64,000 nt of DNA from Clostridia bacterium (GTDB lineage: Bacteria > Bacillota > Peptococcia > DRI-13 > SM3-B62): positions 6,009 through 70,008 of the forward strand of contig JAHDSQ010000031.1 in NCBI GenBank assembly GCA_018432615.1, in the 5' to 3' direction. Numbering within the stretch: position 1 is the stretch's first letter; each line of letters opens with the position of its first letter. The position numbers and the translations under genes are program-made. This document shows positions 30,375 to 37,636 of the stretch, piece by piece. The notes beneath the pieces are model-generated. The model saw only the letters and a program-made list of their open reading frames with translations, made no database searches and was not told the origin of the DNA.

Positions 30375-30415
30375 AAAAACCCCACTATACTTTTAGTATA
30401 GTGGGGTTTTTGCAC
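30375..30415 (+). terminator. Rho-independent terminator
   Basis: AAAAACCCCACTATAC / GTATAGTGGGGTTTTT hairpin followed by a T run. It is homologous to the hairpin at 43598. Confidence 0.75.
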
Positions 30416-30465
30416 CGAAAGCAACTATGATTCCCTATTGATCGCTTATCGAAAAGGAGAAAAAC

Positions 30466-30699
30466 ATGAATAAAATTCTTTCAGTACTGCTTATGGATGA
30501 TCATAGAATTGCGGTAGAACTTGAAAACGGTTCAAGCTTTGTGTACAACCTCAAACCCAAGCTGCGAACGGCACGGTTTGCAGCCCTAGAAGATATTGAA
30601 TTCTTTAAAAGCGGCAGGCTGGTGAATAATGACTATGTACGGTGGAGCGATAGCCTGATGCTGTACGCTTATGAAATGTTGGATGGGATGAAAAGATAG
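30466..30699 (+). CDS. DUF2442-family small protein
   Basis: 77 aa with the pattern I..V....D..I.VE...G....Y.L.......RF..L.D...F......V.W, typical of DUF2442. Paralogue of 43674..43907. Confidence 0.65.
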   Translation: MNKILSVLLMDDHRIAVELENGSSFVYNLKPKLRTARFAALEDIEFFKSGRLVNNDYVRWSDSLMLYAYEMLDGMKR

Positions 30700-30843
30700 A
30701 ATCTGTTGGCTGACAAGGGTCAACAATAAACTGCAAAGGGGTGTTTTTTAATGAAGGGAAAAGGCGGAGTTTTTGCCTGCTCAAGCAGGCGGCGTATGGG
30801 AACGAATGGGCGGGAACTTTTAATAACCGGTGGCAGGAAGTTA

Positions 30844-32754
30844 ATGATGTGGGTATTTATTGTCGGCCTGCTTGGGAGTATTGTCTTACCGGGAGTAGTC
30901 TTTGGGGCGGATGTAATTGCCGCCCGAGAGGCGGGCAAGAGAATATCGGGGGGATATAATCACACTCTGGCCCTGAAGTCAGATGGCACAGTGGAGGCTT
31001 GGGGGGATAATAGTTATGATCAGTGTAACGTGCCGGTGGGGCTGTCCGATGTAGTGGGAGTATCGGCAGGATACCGTCATTCTCTGGCGTTGAAGTCGGA
31101 CGGTACGGTGAAAGCGTGGGGAAATAATGATAACGGTCAGTGTAACGTACCGGCAGGATTGTCTGATGTAGTGGCGGTGTCGGCAGGATACAATTATTCT
31201 TTGGCGTTGAAGTCGGATGGCACAGTGGAGGCCTGGGGTGTTAATAGTTATGATCAGTGTAACGTGCCGGTGGGGTTGTCTGATGTAGTGGGAGTATCGG
31301 CAGGATACCGCCACTCTTTGGTCTTGAAGGCGGACGGTACGGTAGCAGCGTGGGGAAATAATGATAGCGGTCAATGTGATGTGCCGGTAGGGTTGTCTGA
31401 TGTAGTGGCAGCGTCGGCGGGAGCCAATCATTGTTTGGCGTTGAAGTCGGATGGTACGGTGGTAGCCTGGGGAAATGATGGACAAGGGCAGAGTACTGTA
31501 CCGACAGGGTTATCTGATGTAGTGGCGGTATCGGGAGGTCATGCCCACTCCTTGGTGCTGAAGTCGGATGGCACAGTGGAGGCCTGGGGAGGAAATGCTC
31601 AAGGTCAGAGCAATGTACCGACGGGGCTCAATCTGGCCGGGCAATTGAGCAATCTCACTATCAGCAATGGCACACTAACCCCGGTTTTTGATGCAGATAC
31701 TTTTAACTATAGCGTAGAAGTAGATAACTCAACTACTTCTGTTGATTTAACTGCAACTCTGGCCGATAGCTCCGACCAGCTTTCCGTGCAGGGACAGATG
31801 CAGGCCAGTGGGGTGGCGAAAACAATCTCTTCGCTGGCTGTGGGGGCGAATACCATCATAATAGATGTGGTTACACCGTCCTGTGGCCTTACCCACACTT
31901 ATACGGTGATGGTAAACCGGGCAATTACACCAGGCGCGGATATAATCACCGCCCGAGAGGCGGGCAAGAAAATTTCTGCGGGAGCCAATCACTGTCTGGT
32001 TTTAAAGCCGGATGGCAGTGTGGAGTCCTGGGGTAATAATGATAATAATCAGTGTGAGATACCTGCGGGTCTGTCCGATGCAGTGGCAGTATCGGCTGGA
32101 CAGCTTTATTCTTTAGCATGTAAGTCGAATGGTACAGTAGAGGCTTGGGGAGATAATGCCCAAGGTCAATGTGACGTACCGGCAGGGTTAGCCGATGCAG
32201 TGGCAGTATCGGCAGGAAATTTTCACTGTCTGGCACTGAAATCAGACGGTTCGGTTGTAGTTTGGGGGTATGGGAGTAACAGGCGGAATGCAGTTCCCGA
32301 AGGACTTTTTGGAGTGGTGGAAGTGTCCGGGGGATATAACCACTCTTTGGCACTAAAATCGAATGGAACAGTAGTGGCTTGGGGTGGGAACGGTAAAGGA
32401 CAGTGTGATGTACCGGCAGTGTTGTCCGATGCAGTGGCGGTGTCGGCCGGAGGGTTCCATTCCCTCGCGCTGAAATCAGATGGGACAGTGGTAGTTTGGG
32501 GAGATAATACTGAAGGACAGTGTGACGTACCGGCAGGGCTGTCTGATGCAGTGGCGGTGTCGGCAGGATACTATTATTCTCTAGCCTTGAAGTCGGATGG
32601 TACCGTAGTGGCCTGGGGCAGTAACAGTAATGGTCAATGTGACGTACCGGCGGGGCTGTCTAATGTAGTGGCAGTGTCGGCGGGAACCTATCACTGTCTG
32701 GCCTTGAAGTCAGACGGCACCGTGGTGGCTTGGGGGCCAATGCAAGTGGGATGA
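30844..32754 (+). CDS. Secreted RCC1-repeat (beta-propeller) protein with cadherin-like domains, upstream part of a frameshifted gene
   Basis: The ATG at 30844 gives the signal peptide MMWVFIVGLLGSIVLPGVVFGA. About 14 RCC1-like blades follow (G..HSLALKSDGTV.AWG.N..GQC(D/N)VP.GLSDVVAVSAG). Confidence 0.8.
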   Translation: MMWVFIVGLLGSIVLPGVVFGADVIAAREAGKRISGGYNHTLALKSDGTVEAWGDNSYDQCNVPVGLSDVVGVSAGYRHSLALKSDGTVKAWGNNDNGQCNVPAGLSDVVAVSAGYNYSLALKSDGTVEAWGVNSYDQCNVPVGLSDVVGVSAGYRHSLVLKADGTVAAWGNNDSGQCDVPVGLSDVVAASAGANHCLALKSDGTVVAWGNDGQGQSTVPTGLSDVVAVSGGHAHSLVLKSDGTVEAWGGNAQGQSNVPTGLNLAGQLSNLTISNGTLTPVFDADTFNYSVEVDNSTTSVDLTATLADSSDQLSVQGQMQASGVAKTISSLAVGANTIIIDVVTPSCGLTHTYTVMVNRAITPGADIITAREAGKKISAGANHCLVLKPDGSVESWGNNDNNQCEIPAGLSDAVAVSAGQLYSLACKSNGTVEAWGDNAQGQCDVPAGLADAVAVSAGNFHCLALKSDGSVVVWGYGSNRRNAVPEGLFGVVEVSGGYNHSLALKSNGTVVAWGGNGKGQCDVPAVLSDAVAVSAGGFHSLALKSDGTVVVWGDNTEGQCDVPAGLSDAVAVSAGYYYSLALKSDGTVVAWGSNSNGQCDVPAGLSNVVAVSAGTYHCLALKSDGTVVAWGPMQVG

Positions 32755-33070
32755 GTAATGTGTCGGCGGGGCTCAATCTAGCCGGGCAATTGAGCAGTCT
32801 TACTATCAGCAATGGAACACTAACCCCGGTTTTTGATACAGATACCTCTAACTACGACGCAAATGTAGATAATTCAACCACCACTGTTGATTTAACTGCA
32901 ATTCTGGCCGACAATTCCGATGAGCTTTTCATTCAAGGACAGATGCAGGCCAGTGGGGTGGCGAAAACAATCTCTTCACTGGCTGTGGGGGTCAACACCA
33001 TCATAGTGGATGTGGCTACTCCGTCTAGTGGCCTTACCCGCACTTATACGGTGACGGTAAACCGCGCGCC
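30907..33070 (+). repeat. Intragenic tandem duplication of an RCC1-propeller + cadherin-like module (offset about 1029 nt)
   Basis: GCGGATGTAATTGCCGCCCGAGAGGCGGGCAAGAGAATATCGGG at 30907 recurs as GCGGATATAATCACCGCCCGAGAGGCGGGCAAGAAAATTTCTGCGGG at 31936. The junction AGCAATGG(C/A)ACACTAACCCCGGTTTTTGAT also recurs. Confidence 0.8.
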
Positions 33071-34520
33071 GGGGATAAGCATGACAGCAAGTCCGGGGCA
33101 GGTAAGAATCAGTTCCGGCTTTGACCAAGTGTTCACCTTAGTCATTGATAATGACACATTGACAGGGTCAGTATCTGCAGCAGATATTATACTTGGAGCG
33201 TTGTTCGATAGTTTGAGCGTAGGAGAAGTCACAAGAACCAGTGATGACACGATAACAGTACAGGTATATGGTAACCTGTCAGATACAGGCACAGGGACCA
33301 TAATAATAAATGAAAATGCCCTGACTTACAGTAACAGCCCCCTGCAGGCTGAAGTAACAGTAATTACCGACAGAGCAAGCGATAGCTCATCATCGTCACC
33401 GGAAATCACAACAACCATCTTGGAAGATGGAACGACAGTTGTATTATCGACAATAGCAACCTCAACAAAAGACGATGAAACCGAGAAAAAAACTGCAAAA
33501 ATAGTAGCGGGAATCATAAAGGAAATGGCTCTAAAGGCTAAGGATAATGAAACAAAAGGGCGAAATGTTGTTGTGGAGATAAAGGTTAAGACAGAATCAG
33601 ACACAGAAGCGGTAGAAGTGGAAATTTCCGCTGAGGCCTTCAGACAGCTTGCAGAAACAAGCAGCGCTCTTTTAAGCGTAAATACCGGAATAGCAGTAAT
33701 CAGCTTCGATGAAAAAGCGGTTGAAACCATAAGCAGTGCAGAAGCGGAAGGGGATGTTAACATTAGCGTCACCAAAGTCGATCTTAACTCACTAACAGAA
33801 GAAGCACGGGCTATAGTTGGCGACAAGCCGGTATATGATTTTAGTGTAAAAGTGGGAGAAACCACAGTATCAGATTTTGGCGGTGGATATGCACAGATCA
33901 GCGTTCCCTATACCCCAGAACCCGGTGAAAATAAAGACTGCATAGTAGTGTACTACCTAGACAACGAGGGAAACTTGAAGTCGGTAAGAGGAAAGTATGA
34001 TGAAACAACGGGAACAGTGAACTTCAAGACAGCCCACTTTTCACATTTCATGATAGGTTACAAAGAAGTCAGTTTCAATGATGTACCGGAGGATGCATGG
34101 TATAGCAAAGCAGTAAGCTTCATGGCTGCAAGAAGTGTTGTCAACGGAGTAGGTGATGCTAGCTTTGCACCCCAAGGCATCGTAACCAGGGCCGATTTTC
34201 TCGTCATGGTCATGAACGCATACATCATAGAACCTGACCAAGATACCGTAGAGAACTTCGCTGATGCAGGAAATACGTATTATACTCCCTATCTGGCAGC
34301 AGCCAAAAAGTTGGGACTGGTAGCGGGAGTGGGTGATAATCGCTACTTGCCTCAAGAAAGCATCAGCCGCCAGGATATGTTTGTAATCCTCCACCGCATA
34401 CTGGATAAATTGGGGGAACTCCCCGAGGGTAGTGCTATTGAAGACGACGTTAAGCTTCTACCTAAAACCGCTTCCACAAGGGCTGAGGCAGTATACGTTT
34501 TGTACAACCTCCTAAAATAA
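32730..34520 (+). CDS. Downstream part of the same gene: cadherin-like domain, linker region, C-terminal SLH domains
   Basis: The N-terminus NASGMSNVSAGLNLAGQLSSLTISNGTLTPVFDTD repeats the blade-to-cadherin junction seen at ~31600. The C-terminal SLH motifs are FNDVPEDAWYSKAVSF, FAPQGIVTRADF and YLPQESISRQDM. Confidence 0.8.
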   Translation: MGANASGMSNVSAGLNLAGQLSSLTISNGTLTPVFDTDTSNYDANVDNSTTTVDLTAILADNSDELFIQGQMQASGVAKTISSLAVGVNTIIVDVATPSSGLTRTYTVTVNRAPGISMTASPGQVRISSGFDQVFTLVIDNDTLTGSVSAADIILGALFDSLSVGEVTRTSDDTITVQVYGNLSDTGTGTIIINENALTYSNSPLQAEVTVITDRASDSSSSSPEITTTILEDGTTVVLSTIATSTKDDETEKKTAKIVAGIIKEMALKAKDNETKGRNVVVEIKVKTESDTEAVEVEISAEAFRQLAETSSALLSVNTGIAVISFDEKAVETISSAEAEGDVNISVTKVDLNSLTEEARAIVGDKPVYDFSVKVGETTVSDFGGGYAQISVPYTPEPGENKDCIVVYYLDNEGNLKSVRGKYDETTGTVNFKTAHFSHFMIGYKEVSFNDVPEDAWYSKAVSFMAARSVVNGVGDASFAPQGIVTRADFLVMVMNAYIIEPDQDTVENFADAGNTYYTPYLAAAKKLGLVAGVGDNRYLPQESISRQDMFVILHRILDKLGELPEGSAIEDDVKLLPKTASTRAEAVYVLYNLLK

Positions 34521-34604
34521 TACGCTCATTATATTCATCCGAATCTATTACAATATAAAGTGTTAAGTATAAATACCGACAGCCATGATATTGAAAAATA
34601 GAAT

Positions 34605-34647
34605 GCAAGAAAAAAGCACCTTCAATGCGGGTGCTTTTTTCTTGCAT
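34605..34647 (+). terminator. Rho-independent terminator
   Basis: Perfect 16-bp stem GCAAGAAAAAAGCACC / GGTGCTTTTTTCTTGC with a 9-nt loop. The inner GC stem is followed by T6. Confidence 0.75.
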
Positions 34648-34786
34648 CTGCATAAGGCTTCAGAAGCGAGCCGCGCAAAGAACTTTGCTTGAAGAAAAAT
34701 CATTAAACCGATATATTGAAGAGGAAATAGAACAATATGCGGTTAAAGATAAGGATAAAAGTTTCCGATATATTTACAGGAGATGA
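34625..34786 (+). pseudogene. hicB-derived ribbon-helix-helix tail fragment (53-codon ORF, probable remnant)
   Basis: Nt 34664..34742 align without gaps to 36990..37068 (the 3' end of hicB), identical at 68 of 79 positions by hand alignment and in the same reading frame (KRAAQRTLLEEKSLNRYIEEEIEQY versus KRAAQRALLEGKSLNQYVEEAIEQY). Its stop TGA overlaps the sigI ATG (ATGA). Confidence 0.5.
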
Positions 34787-35451
34787 TTATGCTGAGAGAA
34801 ATTGATCAAATGGCAGTCCAAGCAGCGAATGATGATGAGATCTTATCTGCATTTATTGAGCAACATGAATTTTTTATATTAAAAATTGCCTCACAAACAG
34901 CCAAGCGTTATGTATCAAAAAACGACGATGAATGGTCAATTGCCTTGGTTGCTTTTTCTGATGCCGTAAAAAAGTATGATTATGAGCGAGGCAGCTTTAT
35001 TTCGTTTGCGGAACTCATAATCCATCGAAATCTTGTCGATTACTACAGGGTACAGGGCAGACATAGTGTGGAAATTCAGGTTGACCGAATCGAAGAGGAG
35101 GCCATTGTTGAATACAATGATAATAATCTAAAATTGGAAATTGAAGCTATAACGCCGATTCTTAAAAGCTATGAGTTTACCTTTATGGATTTGGCTGATT
35201 GTTCACCAAAGGCAAAAAAAACGAAGAAGGCCTGTGCCAAAGCTGTTTCTTATATCTTAAACAATCCCATATTAGTGGAGGAGATGCAGGCCTCAAAACA
35301 ATTGCCGGCTAAAATAATAGAAAAAAACACAAGTATACCCCGAAAAATTCTGGAACGTCATCGTAAATATATAATAGCAGCAATCGAAATACTCCACGGA
35401 GATTATCCGTATCTTTCGGAATACTTAAGCTATATCAGAGGGAGGGTATGA
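34783..35451 (+). CDS. sigI: RNA polymerase sigma factor SigI
   Basis: DDEWSIALVAFSDAVKKYDYERGSFISFAELIIHRNLVDYYR closely resembles the SigI region-2 signature (DDEFSIGLIAFNEAI.KY....FAELII.R...DY.R). It is followed by an RsgI-type gene. Confidence 0.85.
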   Translation: MIMLREIDQMAVQAANDDEILSAFIEQHEFFILKIASQTAKRYVSKNDDEWSIALVAFSDAVKKYDYERGSFISFAELIIHRNLVDYYRVQGRHSVEIQVDRIEEEAIVEYNDNNLKLEIEAITPILKSYEFTFMDLADCSPKAKKTKKACAKAVSYILNNPILVEEMQASKQLPAKIIEKNTSIPRKILERHRKYIIAAIEILHGDYPYLSEYLSYIRGRV

Positions 35452-35452
35452 A

Positions 35453-36493
35453 ATGAAAGCAACGGTATTGGAGATTAAAGACGGATTTGCTGCCTTGCTA
35501 CAGGAAGATGGAACTGTCGTAAAAATAAAGAGCAGAAATTTAAGGATTGGGGATGTGGTGAACATGAAAGATACGACAATACTGAAAAAAGGGAAGCTAG
35601 GTGCTATGGCAGCGGTAGCAGCAATGTTTGTCATGCTGATGGGAGGCGGAATCTATACATATGCAACTCCTTCTTACTATGTGAGTCTTGATGTCAATCC
35701 CGGGATATTGATGGAAGTCAATATGTTTGAGCGTGTCGTTGGGATACAAGCGGCCAATGAAGATGCAAAAGAAGTGCTTTGGGAATTGGATTTAAAAAAT
35801 AAAGACATTGAGGATGCTATATCCTTAGCTGTTGAACGTGTCAAGGAATTGGGCTATTTTGATGGAGAGGACGGTAATATTTTGATTGCAGCTACCGGGA
35901 AAAATGAAGAAAAGGCTGAACGGTTGGCCGGAAAACTGCAAAACGCAGCAGAAGAGGAAATTACGGAAAATGGTGTCAAGGCTGAAGTAACGGCCGGAGC
36001 TATCGGCTATGAAATGGTACAGGCAGCGAAGGCTATTGAGGGAATGACACCCGGTAAATACAATATCATTGTTAACTTGCTGGGAAAAGATGCAAAAGAC
36101 TACGCTGATACCTCTATCAAAGATATCATGAAAGAATACACAGCATCAAAGGGAGCAAAAGGCAAGGCGAGAGCCGAAAAAGCTACTGAGAATGAACAAA
36201 ATAGAGAAAAAAATGGCGAAGAAGATGAAAAGGCCAGGTTAAAGGAACAAAATGCCGCAGGTAAAGCAGAACAAGCCGGAAATCAAGAAAGAAACGCAGA
36301 TGTTGAAATTCCTGCTTCGGATCAGGAAACGGCCAATGCTAATACAATGCAAAACGATGCAGCAGAAGAAAAATCAGAGATGCCGGGAAATACTAATATG
36401 CAAGAACACCTTGAAAAACCGGGAAATCCGGGGAAACCCGAAAAACCTGGAAAACCCGAAAAACCAGAAGTCCCGGAAGATAAAAAAATATAA
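35453..36493 (+). CDS. rsgI: Anti-sigma-I factor RsgI-like (RsgI_N domain, one TM segment, acidic/Pro-Lys low-complexity tail)
   Basis: The N-terminus MKATVLEIKDGFAALLQEDGTVVKIK matches the RsgI N-terminal pattern. TM segment LGAMAAVAAMFVMLMGGGIY and a juxtamembrane YYVSLDVNPGILMEVN block. The start lies 1 nt after the sigI stop. Confidence 0.8.
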   Translation: MKATVLEIKDGFAALLQEDGTVVKIKSRNLRIGDVVNMKDTTILKKGKLGAMAAVAAMFVMLMGGGIYTYATPSYYVSLDVNPGILMEVNMFERVVGIQAANEDAKEVLWELDLKNKDIEDAISLAVERVKELGYFDGEDGNILIAATGKNEEKAERLAGKLQNAAEEEITENGVKAEVTAGAIGYEMVQAAKAIEGMTPGKYNIIVNLLGKDAKDYADTSIKDIMKEYTASKGAKGKARAEKATENEQNREKNGEEDEKARLKEQNAAGKAEQAGNQERNADVEIPASDQETANANTMQNDAAEEKSEMPGNTNMQEHLEKPGNPGKPEKPGKPEKPEVPEDKKI

Positions 36494-36530
36494 TAATATG
36501 GCTGAATTCAGAAGCAATTTTAGCCAGGAT

Positions 36531-36569
36531 ATCCTGCAACTTAAGGTTAGTTGCAGGATTTGGTTTTTG
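36531..36569 (+). terminator. Rho-independent terminator
   Basis: ATCCTGCAAC / GTTGCAGGAT stem with a 9-nt loop, followed by TTGGTTTTT. Confidence 0.7.
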
Positions 36570-36598
36570 CCGGTATATTACACATATACGTGAGGTGT

Positions 36599-36706
36599 AT
36601 GATGAGCAAAAAAGATAAACTGGTAGAAAGACTGCTTAATAGACCTGCTGATATTGAATATGATGAGGCGAAAAGTTTATTAGAAAAGTTCAGATTGAGC
36701 AGCTGA
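36599..36706 (+). pseudogene. hicA: Truncated hicA-like toxin gene (35 codons)
   Basis: MMSKKDKLVERLLNRPADIEYDEAKSLLEKFRLSS* matches only the N-terminal third of HicA-family toxins (..K..L...L..P....F.E...LL...GF) and stops before the catalytic GSHH region. It lies 34 nt upstream of hicB. Confidence 0.55.
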
Positions 36707-36740
36707 TTGAAGACTTGAGAAATCGAGGAGTGATTAAATA

Positions 36741-37085
36741 ATGAAAGACGTAATGATATACAAAGATTATATTGGTTCAGTGCATTACAGTACAGAGGAC
36801 GAAGTGTTCTGCGGTAAGATTGAAGGTATAAACGATCTTATCAGTTTTGAGGGCAATAGCGTAGCGGAACTTAAGTCCGCATTTGAAGAGGCAGTTGAAG
36901 ATTATCTTGAGTTATGTAATATAAATGATAAAGAACCGGAAAAAATGTATAAAGGTAGTTTTAACGTAAGGATAAGACCTGAGCTTCATAAGCGAGCCGC
37001 ACAAAGAGCTTTGCTTGAAGGGAAATCATTAAACCAGTATGTTGAAGAGGCAATAGAACAGTACTCGGAAAAAGGTCGAGGATGA
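36741..37085 (+). CDS. hicB: HicB-family antitoxin (N-terminal HicB fold + C-terminal ribbon-helix-helix)
   Basis: YKDYIGSVHYSTEDEVFCGKIEGINDLISFEGNSVAELKSAFEEAVEDYLE is the classical HicB N-terminal pattern. The C-terminal part, SFNVRIRPELHKRAAQRALLEGKSLNQYVEEAI, is RHH-like. Confidence 0.85.
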   Translation: MKDVMIYKDYIGSVHYSTEDEVFCGKIEGINDLISFEGNSVAELKSAFEEAVEDYLELCNINDKEPEKMYKGSFNVRIRPELHKRAAQRALLEGKSLNQYVEEAIEQYSEKGRG

Positions 37086-37158
37086 AAAAACTTTTAGGAA
37101 CCGCCACTTGTTTTATTTTACCGGCCTCATTAGAGGAGATTTATTTTAGGGGGAAGTA

Positions 37159-37512
37159 ATGGAAGAATACAGCATTGGCGAAATAGCAAAGCACTTCAAT
37201 GTCTCAACGGATACCCTGCGTTTGTACGATAAAAAGGGCATCGTATGCCCGGAAAGAAAGAAAAACGGCTACAGGTATTATTCCAGAAATAAGATGATAG
37301 CTCTTGCCTATGTTATGTTTTTGCGAAAAGCGGAACTCTCTTTAGAACAAATTCGCATAATACTGAATGCGAACTTAGAGCTTATTCTTGATCAGAATGA
37401 AGGCGGAATGTATTTCCATAGTGTAAGTGAAGAGCTCACGCCTTTGGCCTTGACGATACATAATGAGAAGTCCTTCGTCGATACAAAAGACAAATGGTAT
37501 TGGCAACAATAA
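37159..37512 (+). CDS. MerR-family transcriptional regulator (C-terminal half looks degenerate)
   Basis: N-terminal HTH YSIGEIAKHFNVSTDTLRLYDKKGIVCPERKKNGYRYYS. The 3' end runs into an SLH-domain gene fragment in another frame. Confidence 0.6.
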   Translation: MEEYSIGEIAKHFNVSTDTLRLYDKKGIVCPERKKNGYRYYSRNKMIALAYVMFLRKAELSLEQIRIILNANLELILDQNEGGMYFHSVSEELTPLALTIHNEKSFVDTKDKWYWQQ

Positions 37513-37612
37513 ATTTGCTCCTGAAAAGCTCATAACACGAGAGGAGGCAGTCACGGTGATATGGAGGCTGCTGCAAAAAGCCGGTCTCGTGGATATAGGG
37601 GTAACTGCCTGA
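37463..37612 (+). pseudogene. SLH-domain gene fragment
   Basis: The frame encodes ..GIGNNKFAPEKLITREEAVTVIWRLLQKAGLVDIGVTA*. This matches the GVGNNKFAP..(T/N)REQA SLH repeats of the gene at 23392..24888, with no signal peptide or upstream domains. Confidence 0.6.
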
Positions 37613-37636
37613 TATAAAGAGAGTGGGGAAGAACCT

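Noticed and set aside
30979-32353. Minus-strand ORFs (168, 81 and 135 aa) and the ~150-nt periodicity inside the RCC1 gene, which at first glance resemble a repeat array
   Set aside because: The periodic units are RCC1 blades in one long plus-strand frame with a clear blade consensus. There are no unique spacers or non-coding repeats, so this is not a CRISPR array or satellite. The antisense ORFs are by-products of the repeats.
36252-36593. 113-aa ORF overlapping the 3' end of rsgI in another frame
   Set aside because: It is an alternative-frame reading of the Lys/Glu/Pro low-complexity tail and it runs through the terminator hairpin. It has no independent support.
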